Shown in pieces: positions 42,948 through 53,389 of a stretch of DNA of 64,000 bases. How positions within the stretch are numbered: position 1 is the stretch's first letter; each line of letters begins with the position of its first letter. The notes under the pieces are model-generated. The model saw nothing but the letters and a program-made list of their open reading frames with translations, was not told the origin of the DNA and did no database searches. The translations under genes and the position numbers were made by a program. The DNA comes from a virus (taxonomy: Duplodnaviria > Caudoviricetes): the IMG/VR virus record IMGVR_UViG_3300033068_001847, positions 64,001 to 128,000 of that record; one strand, 5' to 3'.

Positions 42948-43793
42948 TTATTTTTGTTTTATTTGTTCATTCATTTTATGAATTTTTGCGATTAACTCAT
43001 CCTCGTTAAATTTTCTATCAAAAGTAGTCATTTTAAGAAGATCATTATTATTATAACCTTGACCTTCATTCATTAAAAAGAACATGGATTTTTTAATACT
43101 TTTATTAATTTTAGCTAAATTCTCCTGAGAATATCCAAAAAATATTTCATCCATATTGATATTTGTTTTAACTGGTTTATCGTTAATATAACAGGTGGTA
43201 GTTTTTCCAACACCAAAATTTATTGAATCAATATATCGCTTTATTTTACGCCCCTCCAGTATAGGTAAAGTATGAATAAATGTTTTTATTTTATCACGAT
43301 CAGTATCTCCATCTAAAGAATGTATGTGTGAAATATAATAATCTAATTTACTATGATTCTTGTATTTTTTTTCATCAGCTACAGTAAGTAATTTAAACTT
43401 AAGTTCATGTTTTTGAAATCTGAGTGTGTATAAATTACCATCATCAGGGAATTTATCAATATTTTTAATTGAAATATTATGTGTATCAAAGAAAAATTTC
43501 TCTTTCTTATCTTTTGTAGTTTCATCATACTCAATAATATTACCAAAAGCATTTTCACGTAACCATAAAAGAATAAAATTCTTATCATTCACCAGTAGAT
43601 CATCTACATTAATATTATTATGTTTACATACTTTATTTTCCAGTAATTTGTATAAAACATCTCCTTTATTAAATAAGTTGGGTGAGGTCATCATTAATTC
43701 ATCCTCAGTTGTTAGATAAAACACTTCAAGGTATTCTGGTGTACCTTCGTAAAATAATCCCATAGAAGGGATAGGAATAGTATCTGAAAACAT
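42948..43793 (-). CDS. baseplate hub assembly / tail chaperone (gp26-like) paralog
   Basis: IPSMGLFY...YLTTEDE...DLLVND...LRENAFG; paralog of the 43859 ORF. Confidence 0.6.
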   Translation of the reverse strand: MFSDTIPIPSMGLFYEGTPEYLEVFYLTTEDELMMTSPNLFNKGDVLYKLLENKVCKHNNINVDDLLVNDKNFILLWLRENAFGNIIEYDETTKDKKEKFFFDTHNISIKNIDKFPDDGNLYTLRFQKHELKFKLLTVADEKKYKNHSKLDYYISHIHSLDGDTDRDKIKTFIHTLPILEGRKIKRYIDSINFGVGKTTTCYINDKPVKTNINMDEIFFGYSQENLAKINKSIKKSMFFLMNEGQGYNNNDLLKMTTFDRKFNEDELIAKIHKMNEQIKQK

Positions 43794-43858
43794 ATTTTTT
43801 TAAATAAAAAAACCAACCATAATTTATGATTGGTTTATTAGGAACTTACAATTTATAT

Positions 43859-44632
43859 TTAGTCTAAGTTTTGAGGATAAAAGAAGTCAAAACCCAAAGT
43901 TAAATTATCTTTAAATTCAATACCCTTTTGAGCAGATATAAATGTATATTCTAAATCTACTTTAGGTTCAATTGAATCAATATATTTTGATAGAGCAATT
44001 CTATCTTTTGGTGGCATCACCTTAACTACTTTACTAATATAAAGTTTATCACGTTCACCTTCAATTGACATGATTTGAGTTTCAAGCTTAGTTGTTAAAT
44101 AAGGAGTAATACCTGTAGTATTGTTCTTTCTACTTTCCGCAGTGTTATTAATATAATCACCTAACCCTACGGTAATAAGTTTAAAAGTAATTCTTTTATT
44201 TAATGTTGGAAGAACAAAAGTAAATTCACCATTTTCATCAAATTCAGCACCAATACCTTTTACCTTTAATTTATTTAAATCAACCTCAGTAGCCACTAAT
44301 TCTTTTAAATCTGGATCAAATACTTTAGTTTTATAAATATGACCATATGCACTCTTTCTAAGGAATACTAAAATTTGATTAAAATCACCAATTAAAAGAT
44401 CATTTACATTAATATTTTTATCTTTGATTTTTTTCTCAACAATTTTATTGAAAACAAGACCGTTATCCATTAAGTTATTAGAATATAATATATCCTCATC
44501 TTCGGTCACCAAGTATTCAACATCAATTACATCTGGAATACCTTGATATAATTTTCCTTCACTAGGAAGTTTTACTTTATCAAATGGTACTTTAAAAATG
44601 TCGTCACTGAACTTATCTTTTATTTCACTCAT
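43859..44632 (-). CDS. baseplate hub assembly / tail chaperone (gp26-like)
   Basis: LPSEGKLY...YLVTEDED...DLLIGD...LRKSAYG...FDFFYP. Confidence 0.65.
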   Translation of the reverse strand: MSEIKDKFSDDIFKVPFDKVKLPSEGKLYQGIPDVIDVEYLVTEDEDILYSNNLMDNGLVFNKIVEKKIKDKNINVNDLLIGDFNQILVFLRKSAYGHIYKTKVFDPDLKELVATEVDLNKLKVKGIGAEFDENGEFTFVLPTLNKRITFKLITVGLGDYINNTAESRKNNTTGITPYLTTKLETQIMSIEGERDKLYISKVVKVMPPKDRIALSKYIDSIEPKVDLEYTFISAQKGIEFKDNLTLGFDFFYPQNLD

Positions 44633-44680
44633 ACTTTTAATAATATTTTATTTTATCTTATTTATAAATACCATTAAATG

Positions 44681-44712
44681 AAAAAATCCTGCAATAAGAT
44701 ATTACAGGATTT
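44681..44712 (-). terminator. intrinsic terminator
   Basis: AAATCCTG...CAGGATTT stem with A/U tract. Confidence 0.6.
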
Positions 44713-44728
44713 AATTTTATAATTTAGG

Positions 44729-44875
44729 TTATACACCTTGACCAGTGTTAGGTTTCACATATAAATGTGCACCCTTATTACTAGTCATTTTGGTTTTTGC
44801 ATGAATACCTTTTCTACGTTTCTTAGGTTTCTTTTTATATGCAGTTAGGTTTAAAGTTGTTTTTGCTTTTGCCAT
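44729..44875 (-). CDS. small highly basic protein (48 aa); start moved to MAKAKTT
   Basis: KKKPKKRRKGIHAK...YVKPNTGQG; ATG follows the tube gene stop. Confidence 0.65.
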   Translation of the reverse strand: MAKAKTTLNLTAYKKKPKKRRKGIHAKTKMTSNKGAHLYVKPNTGQGV

Positions 44876-44888
44876 TACCTTAATAAAA

Positions 44889-45377
44889 TTAGAAGCTTTG
44901 TACGCAAATTTGAGGTTGTAAAGTAAACTTAACTTTTTGTACCTCATCATCACCATGATCTAATGAACCAAAATCTGCTGTAGTCACAAAACATTTCTCC
45001 AAGATCCATTCTTCAACTGCAACACCAGTAGGGTCTAATGATTGTAAGATTATATCTCTAGCATAACCTTTGAAATAACCCATTCTTCCAGATAAAGACT
45101 CAACGTGTTGTCTAATCCACTCCATTAACTTCTGACTAGATGATGGTCCAATATACTGGATAATTTCGAAGTCCATTGTTTCCCAATTTACTTGTCCCGG
45201 AATGTAGTATTTCATATTCATAAATGGTAATTCAACAGAATTAATATTTATTTTTGGTTTACTCGCTGTTTGTACCATCCATGATTCTAAACCAATATCC
45301 GATGGGAATATAATTTGGAATCTGTTGTTTCTTAAAATTTCATATTCAAGTGGTGCTTGTCTTAATAAATCTGCCAT
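44889..45377 (-). CDS. tail tube protein (gp19-like)
   Basis: NRF...W...LDPTG..VEEW.L...FG.LD; follows the sheath gene. Confidence 0.85.
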   Translation of the reverse strand: MADLLRQAPLEYEILRNNRFQIIFPSDIGLESWMVQTASKPKININSVELPFMNMKYYIPGQVNWETMDFEIIQYIGPSSSQKLMEWIRQHVESLSGRMGYFKGYARDIILQSLDPTGVAVEEWILEKCFVTTADFGSLDHGDDEVQKVKFTLQPQICVQSF

Positions 45378-45453
45378 TTTTAGTATATTTCTTTATTAAT
45401 AAATATCATGGAAAAAAAAATATACTTTACTTTTGATAAAAAAATTAATAATA

Positions 45454-45485
45454 AAAAAAACCTGACATATTTCTATATCAGGTTT
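45454..45485 (-). terminator. intrinsic terminator after sheath
   Basis: AAACCTGA...TCAGGTTT stem with U-tract on the minus strand. Confidence 0.6.
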
Positions 45486-45508
45486 ATAATTTGTTTTAAA
45501 ATTTAAAC

Positions 45509-48154
45509 TTAGTTACCGATTGAGAATGAAGCACCTTGATCAGTTATTCCATACTCTATTGAAATATATTCAACAGCATTTGTAGGTTTAATTCTAATTG
45601 TTGCATTCAATTGTAATTGATCTCTGTCTGCATCTGTATTATTACTTTCATCACAGATTAATTCGAATGCACTAATACCTCTTTGTTTTTTTACATCACT
45701 TAGGATTGGAGTTATTAATCTCTTGAATTGATCCTGAAGTTCAACATCATTCGGTTCGAATAATAGTCTGATTGCAACAACAGAAACTAATTTATTTAAT
45801 TGAAGTAATAAACGTCTAACGTTAATACGATTTAATGCTGTATCTGCAACCTGTAACGTTTTATTACCCATAATTAACAAAGGTGATTGTGAGAATGTAC
45901 GGATAGGGTTTATTCTACCATCGTATAAAATATCACTTGCATCTTGATTAACTTTGTATTTAGTTCTCTTAGATTTTAATTGACCTCTGTTGTAACCAGC
46001 AGTTGCAAACCAAGGAGCTTTTGTTTTATCAGTTTCTGCAAAATCTCTAACTACTTCGAATGTTGGTGAAAGATAAATATTTACACCATTTTGAACATCG
46101 TTATGAGAAACCCAAGGTCCAAAAGTTGTAGTGTAGTTACTATCAATATCAGCAACATCTAAAAGATCAATTGAATCTTCAGCAGCACTAACAGCATCAA
46201 TCTGTTCACCACTATCTGTTTGATCTGGAGAAGTAACGATGTATAAAGCATCTTTTCTTTCTTCCTCTATCATGTCGATAGTTTCTTTTACTAAACCATT
46301 TTGTCTATCGTAATCAATACCCGGAGTAGCAAGTAAGTTAATTGCAACATCACTTGGGTTTGAGAAAGTTCTGATACCTTTTAAGTAAGCATAGTAATCA
46401 GATGGTAAAGATAAAGTGAATCCACTGAAGTTAGGTTGTGTAGATCTGAAGTCATCAGTATTAGTTCTGCTTGTTCTGTAAATATCCCAACCATCGAAAC
46501 CTCCTGCTGGACATAAAGTGAATTTTCTACTAGAAATTAATTCGTAATCACCACCAGTAACATCAGCTTCAGATAAGAATGATTCAGCACCAACTTCAAA
46601 TTTAGAAGCATCAGCATTAGTATCCATGTGGAAACCCTTAGTTGAACCACTGTAGATATTTTCTCCAATATAGTTAAACATATTTTGGTCAATACCAACA
46701 ATGTTACTAATACCTAAGTAAGCTTTCTTAATTTTTTCTGAAGTTAAATCGTACTCAGTTTTGTATAACATTTGTGGAATACCAGAACTAGCATAATTTT
46801 TAACTTTGTAACCTTCGAAACCAGCAGGTACTGCATCAATAGAAGCATTTGGATCTAATTCGATCATGATATACTCAGATCTGATTTCATAAAGTTCATC
46901 AGAAGTACCAACACGCTTTCCAACGAATGAAGTTAAAGCAGGATTCATTGAACATCTTCTGAATGCTTCTAAGATAGAAACATTAGCATCAGTATCATTG
47001 AAATCACGTACTATAATATCAAATTCTCTTGTAGCGAAGTTAATATTTTCAATACTAATTTTAATTTCTTTGTTCGCACTGTTACCATCAGAGATAGTAA
47101 TAATTTTGAACATTCTCTCAACTACATTACCTCTTAATTCAGAAACGATAAATGGAGTTTCAGGAGTAGCAAACTGGTGCTTATAGTCCGTTAATGAATT
47201 CTCAGCAACTAAAGTAGCTTTTAATCCGAATACTTTATCATCAGTAACTAATTGTTTTAGTTTTTTAGCGTAAATATCTTCTACGAAGATATCACCTTTG
47301 TTATCAGATGCGGTTACACCTAATACTTTACTAATAAAGTTTTGTTTACTTTCATCTAATGAAACAACATAAGTGTTATTATCAGTAGTTAAAGTAAATG
47401 CACCTAAAGCATCTTGAACAGCACCGCCATCAGATGATAATGTATCAGTTTTAAATTCTAATGCACCATCTACATATGCAGCCCTTGATCTGATTAAACC
47501 AACAGTTACGTTACTGTAACCAGTTAAAGAAGCACCAGTGATAGTTGTTAAAGTATAGTTTGCAGTTCCTTGAGTTGTACCAGAGAAAGTAACAACATTT
47601 AAACTTACTGCTTGAGCAGTAAAGCTTGAACCACCATAAGTTAAAGTACTTCCACTTGATACAGTAAAAGTTGATCCACTACTTAAAGCAGTAATTGGTA
47701 AGTTATCAAACTTAGCAGCTAAACCATTAATAGTAGAGTCACTAAATGAATTAGTAGATCCAGTAAAGGTGGTAGTTCCAGTTGTAACAACACTTCCGAT
47801 AGTTGCAGGGTCGATATCTCCAATAGTAGTAATAGTCCAAGCCTTACCAGCGTTATATCCTGATAAACCTAAGATTCTGGTTACATATAATTGATCCGAT
47901 TGAGTTAGATATTCATTTGCAATGTAAGGTAATTCATATTTAGGGACACCATTCGAAAATTTTTCAGGAGATTGTGCTCCAAATTTAGTTAAGAATTTAT
48001 TAGGATTTTTAACTAATATAGGTTCAAATGCCGGACCTTTTAACGTTTCACCAGCTACACCAAGTGTTGTAACACCTATAGATGTAGTTGCGTAAGATAA
48101 ATCAGTTTCTTTGGTGTATACACCGGGACTTACATAAATTTTATTATTTGCCAT
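45509..48154 (-). CDS. tail sheath protein (gp18-like)
   Basis: SPGVYTKETD, PWFATAGYNRG, INPI, RINVRRLL, FEPND, IKPT..VEYI. Confidence 0.95.
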   Translation of the reverse strand: MANNKIYVSPGVYTKETDLSYATTSIGVTTLGVAGETLKGPAFEPILVKNPNKFLTKFGAQSPEKFSNGVPKYELPYIANEYLTQSDQLYVTRILGLSGYNAGKAWTITTIGDIDPATIGSVVTTGTTTFTGSTNSFSDSTINGLAAKFDNLPITALSSGSTFTVSSGSTLTYGGSSFTAQAVSLNVVTFSGTTQGTANYTLTTITGASLTGYSNVTVGLIRSRAAYVDGALEFKTDTLSSDGGAVQDALGAFTLTTDNNTYVVSLDESKQNFISKVLGVTASDNKGDIFVEDIYAKKLKQLVTDDKVFGLKATLVAENSLTDYKHQFATPETPFIVSELRGNVVERMFKIITISDGNSANKEIKISIENINFATREFDIIVRDFNDTDANVSILEAFRRCSMNPALTSFVGKRVGTSDELYEIRSEYIMIELDPNASIDAVPAGFEGYKVKNYASSGIPQMLYKTEYDLTSEKIKKAYLGISNIVGIDQNMFNYIGENIYSGSTKGFHMDTNADASKFEVGAESFLSEADVTGGDYELISSRKFTLCPAGGFDGWDIYRTSRTNTDDFRSTQPNFSGFTLSLPSDYYAYLKGIRTFSNPSDVAINLLATPGIDYDRQNGLVKETIDMIEEERKDALYIVTSPDQTDSGEQIDAVSAAEDSIDLLDVADIDSNYTTTFGPWVSHNDVQNGVNIYLSPTFEVVRDFAETDKTKAPWFATAGYNRGQLKSKRTKYKVNQDASDILYDGRINPIRTFSQSPLLIMGNKTLQVADTALNRINVRRLLLQLNKLVSVVAIRLLFEPNDVELQDQFKRLITPILSDVKKQRGISAFELICDESNNTDADRDQLQLNATIRIKPTNAVEYISIEYGITDQGASFSIGN

Positions 48155-48219
48155 GTTTGTACATTATTTTTATATAAATAGTTTTCTAATTACCTAAATA
48201 GTCCTTTAAAAGAAAAAAC

Positions 48220-48250
48220 TTGTAATTTATTTTTTATTAATTTATATTTG
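48220..48250 (+). promoter_or_regulatory. Bacteroidota-type sigma-A promoter (TTG-N20-TATATTTG)
   Basis: Matches the -33/-7 consensus. Confidence 0.65.
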
Positions 48251-48254
48251 TAGA

Positions 48255-48716
48255 ATGAAACAATTGATGGCTGTTACCGCTTGGGAATTTACTGGTGATG
48301 AAATAGGTAAATTAAGAAAGTTAAATAATGGATTTACCAAATGGTATGAACATCTACCAAAATATACATTAAATACAATCACTGGTGAAATTGTAGAAGT
48401 TTATTATTACTTACAATTTATTGAATTTGGTGAAGAAAAATATCTATTATTTGATATACCATTTATTAGTAATTTACTTTCAGAAGAATTAGGTGGTGGG
48501 GTAGATTTTATAGAAAAAATTGATTTCAGACCAATATTTTCAAAATTTAATAAACATAATTTCGAAGAATATCATAGAATGATTCCCAATATGGAATATC
48601 TAGTATTTGATTTAATATACTCGCAAAGTGGGTGGGAAGTAACTGAATATAATCTTGAAATGAATTTAGTTGGATACTTAGATTCGGAAATGACTTTAAT
48701 TAAAATGGTAGATTAA
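48255..48716 (+). CDS. hypothetical protein inserted antisense in the tail module
   Basis: ORF track; own host-type promoter. Confidence 0.7.
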   Translation: MKQLMAVTAWEFTGDEIGKLRKLNNGFTKWYEHLPKYTLNTITGEIVEVYYYLQFIEFGEEKYLLFDIPFISNLLSEELGGGVDFIEKIDFRPIFSKFNKHNFEEYHRMIPNMEYLVFDLIYSQSGWEVTEYNLEMNLVGYLDSEMTLIKMVD

Positions 48717-49450
48717 TCATTCCTAGAATCAATTTTATTTCTTCGTAAACCTTTAATAACCTCAAAGTTATTACTGTCTTGAATAAATCCTTGTAGAATC
48801 ACAGTAAATGCTTGGCAATAAAATTTCTGACCATCAAAATCATTCATTGTACTTTCATCAGCAACATTATCTAGTTTTAATGGCATGTAATATCCATGAA
48901 CATTTATATAATCTTGACCACTAGCAAATTTATATTGAATCTTTTCATTAATCATATTCAGATCTAACATAAAGTGTGTAAATAATCTAATTTCAAAAGT
49001 AATATCAATAGGAATAGGTTGAGGTGTTTTATAAATATCAACACCAAATACACCATTTTCAAATGTAGGTACTTTAGAGTAAATGAAAGTCTTATTCTGA
49101 GCAATACGATATTTAATATTTTCATTAGTCCCCTGTTTCGGTGGTTCATTTCTTCTTACAGTAATAAAGGGCATAATAATATTACCATCTTGATCACTTT
49201 GTTGCCATGTTAAAGATAAATCAGCCCACTTCTCTTTCGTTAAGAAAAATACTGGAACATCTTTACCTTCCACAGTAATTTTAAATTGTTCAACTACATG
49301 ATTGAATAATTCAGTATCAAGATCTTCAAGACCTATATGTTTTGGTAAATAAACTGATTTGTCACTAATTAAATTAATAAGTTCTTCCTGTCTATCAACA
49401 CCATATGCTTCTTCAAATGTAGTTTGTGTTTTCTTTTTAGGTACAGCCAT
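48713..49450 (-). CDS. tail completion / sheath terminator (gp15-like)
   Basis: Lies between neck and sheath genes; P.I.V.R and PIPIDITF.I..F motifs. Confidence 0.6.
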   Translation of the reverse strand: MAVPKKKTQTTFEEAYGVDRQEELINLISDKSVYLPKHIGLEDLDTELFNHVVEQFKITVEGKDVPVFFLTKEKWADLSLTWQQSDQDGNIIMPFITVRRNEPPKQGTNENIKYRIAQNKTFIYSKVPTFENGVFGVDIYKTPQPIPIDITFEIRLFTHFMLDLNMINEKIQYKFASGQDYINVHGYYMPLKLDNVADESTMNDFDGQKFYCQAFTVILQGFIQDSNNFEVIKGLRRNKIDSRND

Positions 49451-49891
49451 TTATTTATTTACAAATTTTGCTATTTCATCTAAGTTATTAAATACATTAG
49501 CTTTATTCTCTTTTACTAATTTTTTAACAGCTTCTAATGATTTCAATTGTGTTTTCGAAAATTCTTTTGAATCATCCTTTTCTAAAACACAAAATAATGT
49601 TTTATCAGGACGTTTGTTAGAGTCATCAACTATTTCAGCGATACTATAAACACCATCCATTTTTGGTGTGATAACATATAATACGTAGTCACATGTTTTT
49701 CTTTTTTCTAATTCCTTCTTTGCATCATCTTCAGTCCAATCTTCAACTACTGGATTAAAGTAATTTATCTTTAATTTAGGTATTAGATCTTCTCTCCATA
49801 AACTGTTATTACACGTTCCACCTAAAAACACTTCTTTACTTGAGCTTTCAGTAATTAATTTATATTGTTGCTCTGTTAATATTACCTTCAT
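49451..49891 (-). CDS. nucleoside 2-deoxyribosyltransferase-like protein with N-terminal targeting motif
   Basis: VFLGGTC...WR...YFNPVV..W...E...D...SIAE. Confidence 0.7.
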   Translation of the reverse strand: MKVILTEQQYKLITESSSKEVFLGGTCNNSLWREDLIPKLKINYFNPVVEDWTEDDAKKELEKRKTCDYVLYVITPKMDGVYSIAEIVDDSNKRPDKTLFCVLEKDDSKEFSKTQLKSLEAVKKLVKENKANVFNNLDEIAKFVNK

Positions 49892-50349
49892 TAAAATTTA
49901 ATTATTTTGGTATCCAAGTTTATTTCGAAACTTCCGTACTTAGAAGGAAAAATTAGTTCATTATTATCAACTTCTAAACCATAAGAAGGTAATTGTATTT
50001 TATAATCCCTTCTACTATCTATTTTTACAATGAAAGGATCACTACGTTTTGCAGTATCCCAATTGTAAGCAGTTAATTTCAATTCACCAGCAACTGCAAT
50101 TATTTTAGGAACTACTTTGAATCCATTTTCTGAAAAAATAAAAGTGCAAGTCCAATCAATATTAATTACAGATTCATCCCAATTATCATATGGTTCGAAT
50201 TCAGGTTTAGAACTATCCCAATTTATGTCAGTTCCTTTTAGAGTAGAGAAGAAATGTTTATTCTCACTACCAGTAGATTGATATTGCATTACTTCATCGT
50301 TTTCACTTATAAGTTTATATTGTTCTTCAGTTACTAAAATTTTTTTCAT
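49891..50349 (-). CDS. hypothetical protein with MKKILVTEEQY motif
   Basis: ORF track. Confidence 0.7.
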   Translation of the reverse strand: MKKILVTEEQYKLISENDEVMQYQSTGSENKHFFSTLKGTDINWDSSKPEFEPYDNWDESVINIDWTCTFIFSENGFKVVPKIIAVAGELKLTAYNWDTAKRSDPFIVKIDSRRDYKIQLPSYGLEVDNNELIFPSKYGSFEINLDTKIIKF

Positions 50350-50360
50350 TCTTTTAAATA

Positions 50361-50879
50361 TTAACCAGCAAAAACATCAGAGTCTACAGGGAAACAAACA
50401 ATTCTCCTGTAATAAGATGCAAGACCACCAATCGTTTTACTATTTGATACGTTCATAGTATCTGGATCATTTACTTCATAATAAGCTAAGTTTCCGTTGC
50501 TATTTTTAAATCCGATGAAATCACCACGTTTAATATCAACACCTTTTTCCTTTAACTCATCTTCATAAATAGTAAATGTTAATTTACCTGCCCAATGTTT
50601 AGGAATATTACTATCACCTAAGTAATCATTTTCATTCTCATCCACACCCATTTTAACTTGTAATTCTATCGGTGTGTATGTTACTTTTTCAGAAGCCCTA
50701 GTTTCTCCGTATATATTATTTGTTTTAGTTTTAATACGATCTACCCGAAATAATAAAACAGTAGCTGGAATATCATTATCTAAATATTCTCGTCCTATTT
50801 TAATGTCAAAGGACATATCAGTTTTAGTAAAAAACTTACCTTCTACAATACCCGTATTTATTACTTTTCTTCTACCCAT
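50361..50879 (-). CDS. neck / head closure protein (gp14-like)
   Basis: IYGE...L...GDFI...YYEV; follows the gp13-like gene. Confidence 0.6.
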   Translation of the reverse strand: MGRRKVINTGIVEGKFFTKTDMSFDIKIGREYLDNDIPATVLLFRVDRIKTKTNNIYGETRASEKVTYTPIELQVKMGVDENENDYLGDSNIPKHWAGKLTFTIYEDELKEKGVDIKRGDFIGFKNSNGNLAYYEVNDPDTMNVSNSKTIGGLASYYRRIVCFPVDSDVFAG

Positions 50880-50881
50880 GT

Positions 50882-52003
50882 TTAGTGTATGTAAATTCCA
50901 AGTGGTGAATAACCTAATATTTTATTTAATTGTTCAGCTTCATTTGCACGTTTGGTTAATTGTGTTTCATAGCTTAGTCCATCTAATCTTTCTTTTAGTT
51001 CAGCTTTTAACGCTTCAACTTCTGATCTACCATCTTCCAGAAGGAAAGAATAATCCATTTGGATAGAAGCATCAGTTATATCAATATTACCACTATATTT
51101 ACCACGAATTAATCCTAATAATTTTTTAGCTTCAGCTAGTAAATAACGTCTGATCCATGTTTTAGAACTTGCATTTAATTTACCCCATTTAAGATTCTCA
51201 ATTGGAACATCTGAAGGTCTGGTAATAACAGCTAAATCCGCATTATCACTTAAACATTTACTCTTGTTTTTAGAATTTGTTTCATAATAAAAATACCAAA
51301 CTTGCATTCCATCTGCATTACTAGAAAAATAACTTCCTAGACCTCTTGGTTGATATTTACCTCCCGGTACTGGATATAAGTGTAATATTTTACTTCCATC
51401 TGCTTTTCCAGTAATTCTATAAGATAATTCACTCTTCATGATTTTATTCTTCATAGATCTATCAGAAGCTGCAAGTAAAGATGAATAAGCTGGAGCAACA
51501 TAACCAAACATAGTACCACCGTAACCCCACCCCCATTCATTTGCAGACCAACCTACAGGGTTTAAAGTATCATAAGCCATAAAAGATGGAGTCGCCCAAA
51601 TAACTTCATTAACTTCTCTACCTTTAGGTATTGGATAAAATTGTGTATTAGCACTTAGTATTATACAGTCTTTCTTTAATTCCCAACTTTCACCTGCTGG
51701 AGCATTAGTACCTAAACCTACCTGTCTTGAATATGCATAAGAAAATGATTTAGCAAAACTTAAATCCTTAGTAGAGAAAGCAACATTAAAATCAGAATCT
51801 TCAATACTTAATCCAGATAATGTAGACCATTGCTGATCAACTAACCAATCATTAATATATTGGGAATAATCTTCTAATGCATTACAGAATAAAGTATCTA
51901 ATTGTTCATCTGTAAGTTCTACATTACGAACACCCATACCTAATTGATGATATATGTTTTTAAATAATTTTTCTCTCTCTGGTGCGGTTATTAATGTTGC
52001 CAT
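50882..52003 (-). CDS. neck protein (gp13-like)
   Basis: LG....VELTDEQL...AL; WIRRY.LA.AK..LG.IRGKYS. Confidence 0.8.
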   Translation of the reverse strand: MATLITAPEREKLFKNIYHQLGMGVRNVELTDEQLDTLFCNALEDYSQYINDWLVDQQWSTLSGLSIEDSDFNVAFSTKDLSFAKSFSYAYSRQVGLGTNAPAGESWELKKDCIILSANTQFYPIPKGREVNEVIWATPSFMAYDTLNPVGWSANEWGWGYGGTMFGYVAPAYSSLLAASDRSMKNKIMKSELSYRITGKADGSKILHLYPVPGGKYQPRGLGSYFSSNADGMQVWYFYYETNSKNKSKCLSDNADLAVITRPSDVPIENLKWGKLNASSKTWIRRYLLAEAKKLLGLIRGKYSGNIDITDASIQMDYSFLLEDGRSEVEALKAELKERLDGLSYETQLTKRANEAEQLNKILGYSPLGIYIH

Positions 52004-52108
52004 TTATGTACTTTATCATAAATAGTTTTATACTTGATATTTATTTAACTATTGAATATATTTTGTAATGAGTGAGGTACATCCCACCAACATTAAAATA
52101 TAAATAAA

Positions 52109-52759
52109 ATGAAAAGTAGAATTAACTTAGATGTTGACTATGCAGGTCAACCATGTATTAAAATTAATCTTCAATCAAGTGAAGATATAAGAGATAAAAC
52201 CTTAACAAGGTTACTCAATCAAGTTGAATATCCTAATAATAACGGTTACAAAATAAAATTCCCGAAAAATATCTTTGTTATCGAAGAGGATTTTGATAAT
52301 AGTAGCTGTTCAAGTGGTTATGGTGAACCGGGAATAACTAAAACTCTAGTACCTATAGATCGAATAGTAGCTCAAAAATTAGGGATGATAGATCCACGCA
52401 CTTCACATTGTGATAATACTCCAGTTCGTTCTTCAATAATTGATGATATAAATAGAGTAAGAGACTTATATAGATTACTAAATTTAGAAACGTCAGATAT
52501 TGATAGAATTGAGAATATTTTGGAAACTGTACCACATTTTAAAAATAAATTAAATAAATACACATTAATCGAATATCCACAGTTTAATACTAAAGTTTTA
52601 TCTTATATTAATGAAAATGATTTCAGTGAACATATATTGATAGATAATGGAAAAATTATGAGTAAATATGATTTTGAAGAGAATTATTTAGGTAAGGTAA
52701 ATCTATCAGATACCCAAGGTTTTAATAACTCACAACAAATATCTGAAAGAATAGAATAA
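52109..52759 (+). CDS. hypothetical protein
   Basis: ORF track. Confidence 0.7.
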   Translation: MKSRINLDVDYAGQPCIKINLQSSEDIRDKTLTRLLNQVEYPNNNGYKIKFPKNIFVIEEDFDNSSCSSGYGEPGITKTLVPIDRIVAQKLGMIDPRTSHCDNTPVRSSIIDDINRVRDLYRLLNLETSDIDRIENILETVPHFKNKLNKYTLIEYPQFNTKVLSYINENDFSEHILIDNGKIMSKYDFEENYLGKVNLSDTQGFNNSQQISERIE

Positions 52760-52762
52760 AAA

Positions 52763-52793
52763 TTTGTAAATTAGAATATTTATACTATATTTG
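52763..52793 (+). promoter_or_regulatory. Bacteroidota-type promoter upstream of tRNA-Glu
   Basis: TTTG-N19-TATATTTG. Confidence 0.7.
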
Positions 52794-52866
52794 CATCAGT
52801 CTAAACATAATTGAAGTTACTCACTTGAATATTGAAACAATACTTTAATTGATTATTAGACATTTT

Positions 52867-52938
52867 GGACCGTTCGTCTAGGGGTTAGGACACGACATTT
52901 TCGATGTTGGAACAGGGGTTCGATTCCCCTACGGTCTA
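52867..52938 (+). tRNA. tRNA-Glu(TTC)
   Basis: Cloverleaf; acceptor GGACCGT/ACGGTCT; loop TT-TTC-GA; GTTCGA T loop. Confidence 0.9.
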
Positions 52939-52953
52939 CATATTATTGAATGT

Positions 52954-53184
52954 ATGAAATTACGATCAGCACAACAATTACATATCGAATGTTCAGTTGA
53001 AGAACTACAACAATTTATGATTGAAGAATTTAAAAAGAAAGGTTTTCTTGTTGGTGCAGATGATGTTAAAGTTATTAATTCAAATTTCATAGAGAAAGAT
53101 ACTACAGAATATGGTGATCACTTCCCATCTTCAAAAGTGGTTGGGTTAGAAATAACTATTGAATATGATGTAAAAGAACAATAA
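52954..53184 (+). CDS. hypothetical protein
   Basis: ORF track. Confidence 0.65.
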   Translation: MKLRSAQQLHIECSVEELQQFMIEEFKKKGFLVGADDVKVINSNFIEKDTTEYGDHFPSSKVVGLEITIEYDVKEQ

Positions 53185-53281
53185 TTAATTTTTAAAAAGG
53201 GGAATGTTATACTCCGAATACGGAAAGCAAGAAAAGATAACACTCACTTGCGCTATTAGTTATTCTAAATATTAATTATTT

Positions 53282-53361
53282 GCTCGAATGGTGGAATTGG
53301 TAGACACGCAGGACTTAAAATCCTGTCCGAAAGGGTGCGAGTTCGATTCTCGCTTCGAGTA
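53282..53361 (+). tRNA. tRNA-Leu(TAA)
   Basis: CAGGA-CT-TAA-AA-TCCTG; variable arm; T loop. Confidence 0.92.
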
Positions 53362-53389
53362 CTAAAAAATTTACTAGATATTTATGATA

